A stretch of DNA of 62,338 nucleotides from an uncultured Desulfobacterales bacterium (GTDB lineage Bacteria; Desulfobacterota; DSM-4660; Desulfatiglandales; JALVZP01), in NCBI GenBank assembly GCA_964393645.1, contig CAYMUI010000056.1:1-62338 (forward strand), written 5' to 3'. The notes under the pieces are model-generated. The model worked only from the letters and a program-made list of their open reading frames with translations, did not search any database and had not been told where the DNA came from. The translations under genes and the position numbers were made by a program. Shown in pieces: positions 30,890 through 39,527 of the stretch (position 1 is the stretch's first letter; every line of letters begins with the position of its first letter).

Positions 30890-31946
30890 CTTTGCCTCCA
30901 TAAAGCTTTTGTCTTAGATAATGATCCGCTATGGTTATCTTCACCATTGCTTCCAACACGGGCACTATTCTTGGAATAGCTGACACATCAAACCTTCCCT
31001 TTAATTTAAGTTTCACAGGATTTCCATTTTTATCAATCGTATTTTGTTCCTTAGATATAGAAGGGATAGGCTTAACCGCTACTCTAAGGACTATATCTTC
31101 ACCATTAGAAATTCCTCCAAGGATACCACCTGCATTGTTAGAAGTAAATCCTTCCGGAGTAATGGGGTCGTTGTTTTCTGAACCCCTCATTCTTGCTGAT
31201 CTGAATCCTGCACCAATTTCTACTCCCTTCACCGCCCCTACACTCATAACCGCTTTTGCAAGATCTGCGTCAAGTTTATCAAACACTGGCTCCCCAAGTC
31301 CAGCAGGACATCCTTTTACTAATATCTCCACGATCCCACCTATGGAATCTCCTGCTCTTCTCACATCTTCTACAAGTCTTTCCATTCTTTTGGATGCCTC
31401 TAAGTCAGGACACAAAAACGGACTTTTATCTAACAGGTCCAATTCTACCTTCTCTGCTTTTATTCCTCCAAGCTCCAAGGTATAACCTATTACCTTTATC
31501 CCTGCCTTAGCTATTATCTTATCTGCAACCACTCCAGCAGCAACCCTGGCAGCAGTCTCTCTGGCAGAAGATCTTCCCCCACCTCTATAGTCCCTGTGAC
31601 CGTATTTTTTAAAGTATGTATAATCTGCGTGTCCTGGTCTAAATATGTCTTTAATTTCTTCATAAGGGGTGCTGTCCACATCTTGATTTTTTATCAGCAC
31701 GGTTATAGGAGAACCTGTGGTAAGCCCTTGAAACACCCCTGATATTATCTCGACCTGATCTTTTTCTTTTCTGGATGTGTCCGAAGGAGAACGGCCAGGT
31801 CTTCTTTTTGCCATTGCTTCGTCGAAATCTTTCTCAGAAAGTGGGATCTTAGAAGGGCATCCATCAATAACAACGCCTATTCCCCATCCATGGGATTCTC
31901 CAAAAGTGGTGATTCTAAACACCTGACCGAAAGAATTACCCGGCAT
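30879..31946 (-). CDS. aroC: Chorismate synthase
   Basis: [46 protein letters not shown]. Confidence 0.99.
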   Translation of the reverse strand: MPGNSFGQVFRITTFGESHGWGIGVVIDGCPSKIPLSEKDFDEAMAKRRPGRSPSDTSRKEKDQVEIISGVFQGLTTGSPITVLIKNQDVDSTPYEEIKDIFRPGHADYTYFKKYGHRDYRGGGRSSARETAARVAAGVVADKIIAKAGIKVIGYTLELGGIKAEKVELDLLDKSPFLCPDLEASKRMERLVEDVRRAGDSIGGIVEILVKGCPAGLGEPVFDKLDADLAKAVMSVGAVKGVEIGAGFRSARMRGSENNDPITPEGFTSNNAGGILGGISNGEDIVLRVAVKPIPSISKEQNTIDKNGNPVKLKLKGRFDVSAIPRIVPVLEAMVKITIADHYLRQKLYGGKDDR

Positions 31947-32460
31947 CTGTTACTCTCTGAAATTGCTTTATTATAACGCTACACAGCTCTTCTACAGAAC
32001 AGTTATCAGTGTCTAAGGAGATATCCGAATTTTTTCTGTACAGAGGGGATCTTTCTGCGAGAACCTCTCCGATTTCGTTAACAGGATCTTTTCCTTTGAG
32101 AGATGGCCTTGTACTTGCTTTGTCTTTGAGCATCCTCTGTTTTATAGTTTCTGGTTTTGCCTTGAGCCAGACTATCCATCCGTTCTTTTTTAAGGCCTTC
32201 ATGTTTTCTTCATTCAACACAACTCCGCCGCCGGTTGCAATGACAGAATTATCCGACTTAGACACATCCTTTACCACTTCCTTTTCCAGTTTTCTAAATT
32301 CATCCCAGCCTTTTTTTAAAACAAACTCTGATATACTCATTCCTATCTTGTCTTCTAAGATCTTATCTGTATCCAGAAACTTCCATCCTAATATATTAGC
32401 CAGCCGCTTTCCAATACTGCTTTTGCCAGTACATCTGTAACCTATGAGAACGATGTTCAT
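31936..32460 (-). CDS. aroK: Shikimate kinase
   Basis: GYRCTGKS, FLDTD, FRKLE, ATGGGVV, RPSL. Confidence 0.96.
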   Translation of the reverse strand: MNIVLIGYRCTGKSSIGKRLANILGWKFLDTDKILEDKIGMSISEFVLKKGWDEFRKLEKEVVKDVSKSDNSVIATGGGVVLNEENMKALKKNGWIVWLKAKPETIKQRMLKDKASTRPSLKGKDPVNEIGEVLAERSPLYRKNSDISLDTDNCSVEELCSVIIKQFQRVTDAG

Positions 32461-33143
32461 AACATCTCTAACTTATTGAGAAGCTGTTTTGTCACCTCTT
32501 CTACAGGAGGTCTTCCGTCTATCTCTATGATCTTTGGGATGCCATTGTTCTTTTTTGAAAGTTCTTTAAAGAAGTTAATGGCAGCCATTGTGCCGTTTTT
32601 CTCATCATAGTAGATGTCATGTCTCTTATCAATTGCTTCCTCATCCTGATCATCTGACCTGGTTATAAGCTTACCTCCACATATCCTGCATCTGTCTCCG
32701 TTGGGTTTTATGGCATCTATGTATATGTTGTTTGGATGGTTGTTATCGTTTACGCAAAGTCTTCTTCCCATAATTCTTTTTTTTGCGGTCTCTCTATCTA
32801 AAACGATCTCTATTACCGCATCGATCTGCATCCCCTCTTTTTCTAATGCCTCCCAAAGGGCTTTTGCTTGAGCAGGATTTCTGGGAAATCCATCTAAAAG
32901 CCATCCATTTTTGCAGTCTTCTTGTTTTAGTCTGTTTAGTATCATGGGTATTGTGATCTCATCTGGAACAAGCTCTCCCCGGTCTATGTATTCCTTTGCT
33001 TTTTTTCCCAGATCCGTGCCCTTAGCTATGTTCTCCCTGAATATCGCGCCCGATTCTATGTGTGGAATCCCCAGCTTCTCTTTTACAATTGCTCCCTGTG
33101 TCCCTTTTCCACTTCCATTTGGCCCAAATATAAGAATGTTCAT
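32457..33143 (-). CDS. adk: Adenylate kinase with C-X5-H-X15-C-X2-C metal-binding LID
   Basis: GPNGSGKGTQ, GELVPD, LDGFPR; LID C-VNDNN-H...C-RI-C spacing matches the Co/Zn-binding adenylate kinases described in sulfate reducers. Confidence 0.96.
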   Translation of the reverse strand: MNILIFGPNGSGKGTQGAIVKEKLGIPHIESGAIFRENIAKGTDLGKKAKEYIDRGELVPDEITIPMILNRLKQEDCKNGWLLDGFPRNPAQAKALWEALEKEGMQIDAVIEIVLDRETAKKRIMGRRLCVNDNNHPNNIYIDAIKPNGDRCRICGGKLITRSDDQDEEAIDKRHDIYYDEKNGTMAAINFFKELSKKNNGIPKIIEIDGRPPVEEVTKQLLNKLEML

Positions 33144-33172
33144 TTTTACACCTCCCTAACAAGGTTTTAAGA

Positions 33173-33201
33173 AACCTATTTGAAAAAATCTTGTGTGTCA
33201 A
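33173..33201 (-). promoter_or_regulatory. Sigma70-type promoter for the adk-aro operon
   Basis: TTGACA (33201-33196), 17-nt spacer, TAGGTT (33178-33173), upstream of RBS GGGAGGT and the adk ATG. Confidence 0.55.
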
Positions 33202-34412
33202 GAGCATTTCAGGAAGGTGGAAATAAGCTCATCCCCTTTATAGGTAATACCAGACAAAGTGGCTTCTTTTTCGCAAAACTTTACTCTATTGTTAGACTTT
33301 CTTAGAATCTGACTCTTTTCTGCACAGGCAAAAGGGGTTGGTTCAGCAGTATGGGTTCTTTTGCTTATAGGAGTGTAGTGATCACTTATCACTAACAAGG
33401 CATAGTCCTCAAAAGAAGACAGGCCTTTTATTATTGTTCCGACCACATCCTGATCCACCCTTTCTATAGCATAGATCTTTCCTTCTATGTCAGCATTGTG
33501 TCCGGCTTCATCCGGAGCCTCTACGTGTATGAAAACGAAATCATGCTTTTCTAAAAATTCCAACGCCTTCTGAGCCTTTCCCGAGTAGTTAGTATCTATG
33601 TAACCGGTAGCTCCTTCTACATGAATAGGAACAAGACCAACCAGCATTCCTAAGCCTTTTATAAGATCCACGGCAGAGATGATTCCTCCTGAAATTCCGA
33701 ACCTTTCTTTAAAAGAAGGAAGCTTTGGAGCCTTTCCTTGTCCCCACAGCCATATAGAATTTGCCTCATACAAACCCTTTCTCTTTCTTTCTTTATTTAC
33801 AGGATGATCTTTCAAAAGCTTCCAAGAGCTTTTAATAAGAGAAACAACCGGGTCGTTGTTTCTGGAAAGATACCAACACAAGTCCTTTTCTAAGTGGTCA
33901 TGAGGAGGAATGGTTGTAACAGACGGCCCATTTTTCCAAACAAGGATGTGCCTGTAAGCTACTCCGGGATAAATCCTTATTTCATCCGGCAGACTCATGC
34001 AATCTTTTAAGAAATTTACCAGCTCATTTGCTTCCTCGGTACTTATTTCGCCAGCACTGTGGCTTTTCATTATTATAGAGTCAGCTTTAAATTCCAGACA
34101 TACAAGATTCATTCTAAAAGCCACATCATCAGGATCAAGAGCTACTCCCATGCTTACTGCTTCTATGGGTGCTCTTCCTGTATGGTATATTTTTGGATCA
34201 TAGCCAAGTATAGACATGTTAGCTATGTCACTGCCTGGTTCCATACCATCAGGGATTGACAAAAACCTCCCTATTTTTCCTTTGGATGCAAGCATATCCA
34301 TGTTAGGAGTATTTGCTACTTCAAGAGGGGTCCTATAGCCGAGTTTGGGAATGGGATAATCTGCCATCCCATCCCCAACAATGAGCACATATTTTTTTCT
34401 TTTACTATTCAT
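33198..34412 (-). CDS. apgM: Cofactor-independent phosphoglycerate mutase (ApgM type)
   Basis: GDGMAD, TPLEVANTPNMD, GSDIANMS, HVEAPDEAGH, SDHYTP. Confidence 0.93.
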   Translation of the reverse strand: MNSKRKKYVLIVGDGMADYPIPKLGYRTPLEVANTPNMDMLASKGKIGRFLSIPDGMEPGSDIANMSILGYDPKIYHTGRAPIEAVSMGVALDPDDVAFRMNLVCLEFKADSIIMKSHSAGEISTEEANELVNFLKDCMSLPDEIRIYPGVAYRHILVWKNGPSVTTIPPHDHLEKDLCWYLSRNNDPVVSLIKSSWKLLKDHPVNKERKRKGLYEANSIWLWGQGKAPKLPSFKERFGISGGIISAVDLIKGLGMLVGLVPIHVEGATGYIDTNYSGKAQKALEFLEKHDFVFIHVEAPDEAGHNADIEGKIYAIERVDQDVVGTIIKGLSSFEDYALLVISDHYTPISKRTHTAEPTPFACAEKSQILRKSNNRVKFCEKEATLSGITYKGDELISTFLKCS

Positions 34413-35712
34413 TTACAACCCTTATAACTACCGTCTTATCTTTAACTACACTAAGTTTGTTTATCTCAGAAATAGCTTTTCTTACATCTCTTTCTACTGC
34501 TTCGTGAGTAAGCATGACTATAGGGACTGAATCATTTTCTTTTTTTCTTCTCCCCTTTTGTATCACCGATTCTATACTGATTCCGTATTTTCCAAGAATC
34601 CCAGATATTGAAGAAAGTACGCCCGGTCTATCAACAGCAGATACCCTAAAATAATACCTGCTTCTAAGATCCTCTATGGGCTGAATCCTTGGTTCATCAT
34701 CCGGGGCACAACTGAATCCTAAAGGAGGAATTATGTGGTTTTGGCCAGTTATTATGTGCCTTGCTAAAGAAATTATGTCAGAGGCTACAGCACTGCCTGT
34801 TGGCTTTCTTCCAGCGCCAAGACCATAGTAAAGATTTGGACCGACAAAGTCTCCCTCTACATAAATGGCATTAAACACTCCGTCTACATTTGCGAGCATA
34901 CTTTCCTTGGGTATCATGGCAGGATGCACTCTTGCCTCCACACAACTTCCATGATGTCTTGCTATAGCGAGCAGTTTTATAGTGTAGCCAAATTCGTCTG
35001 AAAATCTTATATCGTCTGGTGTAATCTCTGTTATCCCTTCTTTGTATATGTCCTTATAGTTTATAGGACAGCCCACCACAAGCGCCACCATTATAGCAAG
35101 CTTGTGTGCAGCATCAGTTCCGTCTACATCCAGCGTAGGTGGATCCTCTGCGATTCCAAGTTGAACTGCCTCGCTAACTACCTCCTTATACGTAAGCCCT
35201 TCTTTTTTCATCCTGGTCAAAATGTAATTGGAAGTGCCGTTTAAGATTCCTAATATGGAAGTAATCCTGTTTGCAGAAAGACCGTTTTTTAACACCCCTA
35301 TTATCGGGATACCACCGGCAACACTTGCCTCAAAGCCAAGGCAGACTCCGTATCTTCTTGCAGATTCATAAATCTGTTTTCCGTATTCTGCTAAAAGCGC
35401 CTTATTTGCTGTAACCACATGCTTGCCTCTTTGCATAGCAGATATAATGAGATCTTTTGCTGTAGTGGTACCGCCAATAAGTTCAACGACTATATGAATG
35501 TCCGGGTCTTCTATTACTTCCATAGCATCCTTGGTGAGGATGCTTTTATCTATTGGGACTCCTCTGTCCCTTTCCAAATCCAAGTCTGCGATCTTTTTTA
35601 TCCTTATTTCCTCACCAAGTCTTTTTTTTATGAGTTCCTTGTTTTTAACAAGCACTTCTACTGTTCCAGCACCTACAGTTCCAAAGCCAATTATTCCTAC
35701 ACTGATTGCCAC
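34405..35712 (-). CDS. hom: Homoserine dehydrogenase with C-terminal ACT domain
   Basis: GFGTVG, VVTANKAL, FEASVAGGIPII, NGTSNYIL, DVDGTDAAHK, GAGRKPTGSAV, DRPGVL. Confidence 0.98.
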   Translation of the reverse strand: MAISVGIIGFGTVGAGTVEVLVKNKELIKKRLGEEIRIKKIADLDLERDRGVPIDKSILTKDAMEVIEDPDIHIVVELIGGTTTAKDLIISAMQRGKHVVTANKALLAEYGKQIYESARRYGVCLGFEASVAGGIPIIGVLKNGLSANRITSILGILNGTSNYILTRMKKEGLTYKEVVSEAVQLGIAEDPPTLDVDGTDAAHKLAIMVALVVGCPINYKDIYKEGITEITPDDIRFSDEFGYTIKLLAIARHHGSCVEARVHPAMIPKESMLANVDGVFNAIYVEGDFVGPNLYYGLGAGRKPTGSAVASDIISLARHIITGQNHIIPPLGFSCAPDDEPRIQPIEDLRSRYYFRVSAVDRPGVLSSISGILGKYGISIESVIQKGRRKKENDSVPIVMLTHEAVERDVRKAISEINKLSVVKDKTVVIRVVNE

Positions 35713-35733
35713 TTTTATCCTCTCTTTATCGAA

Positions 35734-36915
35734 TTAGTAATATCTGTAAAACATGCGTCTGATACCGCGTATTGCTTGTTTTATACGGTGAGGATTTTCC
35801 ACAAGAGCAAAACGCACATACTCATCCCCATAATGCCCAAATCCTATTCCAGGAGAAACAGCCACCTTTGCTTCTCTTAAGAGAAGTTCCGAAAACTTGA
35901 GAGATCCCATCTCTCTGAACTTAGCAGGTATTTTTGCCCACACAAACATAGTGGCCTTTGGCTTGTCAGTCTTCCAACCCAGCCTATTCAGACCATCCAC
36001 CAATGCATCTCTCCTTTGTCTGTATGTTTCTACTATCTCCTTCACGCATTCATCAGGGCCATTCAATGCAATAATAGAGGCAATCTGAATGGGCTGAAAC
36101 ACACCGTAGTCTAAATAACTTTTTATTTTCTTCAGCACTTCTATTAATTCTCTATTGCCTACACAGAACCCAACCCTCCATCCAGGCATGGAGTAGCTCT
36201 TGGACATGCTGAAAAATTCCACACCTATGTCCTTTGCGCCAGGCACCTGGAGAAAGCTGGGCGGAACATAGCCGTCAAAGGCAAGGTCTGCATAGGCGAA
36301 GTCGTGCAGTACAATTATGTTGTTATCCTTACAAAAAGCTACCACTTTTTTAAAAAAGTCGAGGTCTACGACAGCAGTGGTAGGATTGTGAGGATAAGAT
36401 ATAATCAATGCCTTTGGGCGAGGCCAAGTTTCTCTGGTGGCATTTAACAGATCTTCAAAAAAATCTCTATCAGGACCAATAGGGATGCTTCTGACATCTC
36501 CACCAGCGATAATCACAGAGTACGGATGAATTGGATAAGTCGGATTAGGAACAAATACCACATCCCCGGGTTCTATAATAGCCAGAACAAGATGAGACAG
36601 ACCTTCCTTTGCCCCAATAGTTACCACTGCCTCTTGCTCTGGATCTAAATCCACATCGTATCTTTTTTTGTACCAGTTACATATTGCCTCTCTCAGTTTC
36701 CTTATCCCCATGGATGCGGAATATCTGTGATTATGAGGCTTTTGAGCTGCCTCTATAAGCTTGTCCACTATATGCTTAGGAGTAGGGATGTCGGGATTTC
36801 CCATCCCAAGATCAATGATGTCTTCTCCCTTTCTTCTAAGTTCTGTTTTAAGTTTGTTTACCACACTGAACACATAAGGAGGCAACCTTTTCATTCTGCC
36901 AAATTCATGATTCAT
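35734..36915 (-). CDS. Class I PLP aminotransferase (AlaC/YfdZ-like)
   Basis: [36 protein letters not shown]; the hom-adjacent position is typical of this subfamily. Confidence 0.9.
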   Translation of the reverse strand: MNHEFGRMKRLPPYVFSVVNKLKTELRRKGEDIIDLGMGNPDIPTPKHIVDKLIEAAQKPHNHRYSASMGIRKLREAICNWYKKRYDVDLDPEQEAVVTIGAKEGLSHLVLAIIEPGDVVFVPNPTYPIHPYSVIIAGGDVRSIPIGPDRDFFEDLLNATRETWPRPKALIISYPHNPTTAVVDLDFFKKVVAFCKDNNIIVLHDFAYADLAFDGYVPPSFLQVPGAKDIGVEFFSMSKSYSMPGWRVGFCVGNRELIEVLKKIKSYLDYGVFQPIQIASIIALNGPDECVKEIVETYRQRRDALVDGLNRLGWKTDKPKATMFVWAKIPAKFREMGSLKFSELLLREAKVAVSPGIGFGHYGDEYVRFALVENPHRIKQAIRGIRRMFYRYY

Positions 36916-37268
36916 ACTCCATCTCCCTAAGGCCTTATAGTTTCCTTTATTTTTTTTGCATTATAAGAAATAAATTAGTAAAAATAAAGAGACGCCCTTT
37001 CTACATCGGCAACTTAGAACTTGTTGAAGTCACCCCGGCACTTACAGAAAGATAACAAAACTTTTTATCCAAAAATGCAAACATAACGACAGGCAAAAGA
37101 TACGCTTTGTAAAATTCTTCATCTTATCTAAGGCAAGCGGTCTGTCTTGTCTTTTTACAAGCTTTTTGTTAGTTTTACAACAAAATTAAAACTAAAAAAG
37201 AAAAAAGTTTAAAAAAGTTAAACCATATCACAAGCCTTCAAACAAAGGCTGTAAAGGGAGAAAATAGT

Positions 37269-38273
37269 ATGGCAATATTAGAGCATGCAAAAGAGGTGTT
37301 AAAGATAGAGTCAGAAGCTATATCAGCTCTTATAAAAAAAATAGGGCCAGAGTTTGAAAAGGCTGTTGACTTGATACTCAACTCTAAGGGAAGAGTAATA
37401 CTTACTGGTATGGGAAAATCTGGTCTTATAGGAAGAAAGATTTCTGCCACTTTAAACAGTACGGGAACACCATCCATATTTCTTCATCCTGCCGAGGCAA
37501 TACATGGGGACTTAGGTATGGTCACGAAAGACGACATAGTAGTTGCAATTTCTAACGGGGGCAGGACAGTGGAGATAAACAGACTACTTCCCATCTTAAA
37601 AAACATAGGAGTTAAAATAATAGCGTTTACAGGTGATCCCAGCTCTCCAATGGCGAAGATGAGCGATGTAGTAATAGATGTAGGGGTAGAAAGAGAAGCC
37701 TGTCCGATGAATCTTGCTCCAACCGCAAGCACAACTGCCGCCTTGGCAATGGGAGACGCCCTTGCTGTAGCGCTCATACATTGCAGAAGGTTTACAAAAG
37801 AAGACTTCAAAAAATTCCATCCAGGTGGAAGTCTTGGAGAAAGACTTGCCAGCAGAGTAAAAGAGATAATGAGAGAAGGCAGTAAGATCCCGATGGTCCC
37901 GGAAGATGCCTCTCTGTCAGAAGTGCTCAATGAAATAAATCAAAAAAATCTTGGGGCAACACTGGTGATCGACTCAGAAAGAAGACTGCAGGGGATTATA
38001 TGTGATGGAGACATTAGAAGAGCTTTGGTAAAATACGGAAACATAAGTCACATGAAAGCAAAAGATCTTATGACCCCTTCTCCCAAGGTTGTTGACGAAA
38101 ATCAAAGTGCAGGCGAAGCTCTTTCATTAATGGAATTCTATGGGATTACTCATCTGGTAATAATAGATGAGCTGAGAAGGGTAAAAGGAATAATCCATCT
38201 TCATGACATACTCGGTAGAGAGGAGTTTAGAATAAATGCAGGTATACTTCCCACCAAAGGGTCTGATAGTTGA
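37269..38273 (+). CDS. kdsD: Arabinose-5-phosphate isomerase (KpsF/GutQ family, SIS + 2 CBS)
   Basis: TGMGKSG, HPAEAIHGDLG, LAPTASTT, GDALA, FHPGGSLG, CBS tail. Confidence 0.96.
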   Translation: MAILEHAKEVLKIESEAISALIKKIGPEFEKAVDLILNSKGRVILTGMGKSGLIGRKISATLNSTGTPSIFLHPAEAIHGDLGMVTKDDIVVAISNGGRTVEINRLLPILKNIGVKIIAFTGDPSSPMAKMSDVVIDVGVEREACPMNLAPTASTTAALAMGDALAVALIHCRRFTKEDFKKFHPGGSLGERLASRVKEIMREGSKIPMVPEDASLSEVLNEINQKNLGATLVIDSERRLQGIICDGDIRRALVKYGNISHMKAKDLMTPSPKVVDENQSAGEALSLMEFYGITHLVIIDELRRVKGIIHLHDILGREEFRINAGILPTKGSDS

Positions 38274-39105
38274 ACTGGTGAATCTTGAAGAAAAGCTCTT
38301 CTTGGAGCATCTAAAGGCCATAAAAAAAATGGCCGATGCTGTTATGCTGCTGAGCCCTGAAGTAGGGGATGGCTTAAACCTGACGGTAGATCAGAAAAAA
38401 GAACTAATAAGCCTATGCGCAGAAGCAATAAATGGAGAATTGCCCTTGATGATATTTATTACCGGCGACACGGAAGAAGAAACGGTAGAGAATATGTTGG
38501 AATTTGAATCTCTGCTAAAAGAGATTTCCTATCCTGGAAATGTCTTCTGGGTAGATGCGCCTCTTTACTACCATAGTAATAGAGGACTGCCCGATATGTA
38601 CAGCAGGTTTTCTTCCATAACAAGTTATCCTTTTATACTTTATAACAACGCAAAGCTTGTAGAAAAAGTCAAAGGACCGTTCAACAGGAGAAACATAAGA
38701 ACCTCTATCTTAAAAGAGCTGTCTTTTGAAGATAGAATAAAAGGATTGATATTTTTTGGAGATCTGAGAAGAGCATTGAATTATCAGAAAGCGGTGATGG
38801 AAAGACCTTCTTTTAGGATATACGACGGAGACGAAAAACTCTTCTTGAACTTTCCTAATAAAAACGGACTCGTATCTGTAAGTGCAAATGTAATTCCCCA
38901 AGTTTGGAAAAACATGTTGCACAGAGAACCTGAAGAAGGAAAGGGAGGCGGACTGTATCTTTTGCTGGAATTTCTGGATCTCCTTAAAGAAGGAGGAACC
39001 GAACTTATAAAAGCGCTTATAAAAGGCTCAAATTTGACTTCTGAGCCACCATTAGTACAAAGAGCAAAAGAGCTCGTAAGAAAACTGCAGGAAGAGGGGA
39101 TGTAA
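38236..39105 (+). CDS. Divergent DapA/DHDPS-family TIM-barrel protein
   Basis: VGDGLNLTVDQKKEL (cf. GTTGE..L..EE), APLYY, ILYNN, VSVSANVIP retained; catalytic motifs degenerate. Confidence 0.7.
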   Translation: MQVYFPPKGLIVELVNLEEKLFLEHLKAIKKMADAVMLLSPEVGDGLNLTVDQKKELISLCAEAINGELPLMIFITGDTEEETVENMLEFESLLKEISYPGNVFWVDAPLYYHSNRGLPDMYSRFSSITSYPFILYNNAKLVEKVKGPFNRRNIRTSILKELSFEDRIKGLIFFGDLRRALNYQKAVMERPSFRIYDGDEKLFLNFPNKNGLVSVSANVIPQVWKNMLHREPEEGKGGGLYLLLEFLDLLKEGGTELIKALIKGSNLTSEPPLVQRAKELVRKLQEEGM

Positions 39106-39527
39106 TGACAGGTAAAAAATTTTTTGTTCATCCTGTTGGAATCATAAAAAAAATTGAAAACGAAATCTTTATAGAAATCTTTCCAGAATACAAGGATGCA
39201 CTCCTTAATCTGGAGTATTACTCCCACATAATAGTAATCTTTTGGTTTGATAAAAATGATACCCCAGAAAAAAGAAATATCCTGCAGGTACATCCTAAAA
39301 GACACAAAGGAGCTCCTATTTCAGGCGTATTTGCTACATGTTCACCTGTAAGACCAAACCTTATAGGACTTACAATATGTAAGGTGAAACATATAGACAA
39401 AAATCTCATTAAGATCAAAGAAATAGACGCCTTTGATAATACTCCTGTCTTAGACATAAAACCTTACATACCTAAGAAACACATGCTCTGTGAGGAAGAA
39501 ATAAAGGTTCCAGAATGGATGAAGTAG
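39105..39527 (+). CDS. tsaA: tRNA (N6-threonylcarbamoyladenosine) methyltransferase TrmO/TsaA family
   Basis: HPVGII, YSHIIVIFWF, GVFATCSPVRPNLIG, IDAFDNTPVLDIKPY. Confidence 0.92.
   Translation: MTGKKFFVHPVGIIKKIENEIFIEIFPEYKDALLNLEYYSHIIVIFWFDKNDTPEKRNILQVHPKRHKGAPISGVFATCSPVRPNLIGLTICKVKHIDKNLIKIKEIDAFDNTPVLDIKPYIPKKHMLCEEEIKVPEWMK

Noticed and set aside
36995-37045. c-di-GMP-I riboswitch suggested by AGTTGCCGA on the minus strand
   Set aside because: The required upstream GGCAAA...GAAA...GACGCAAAG elements are absent.
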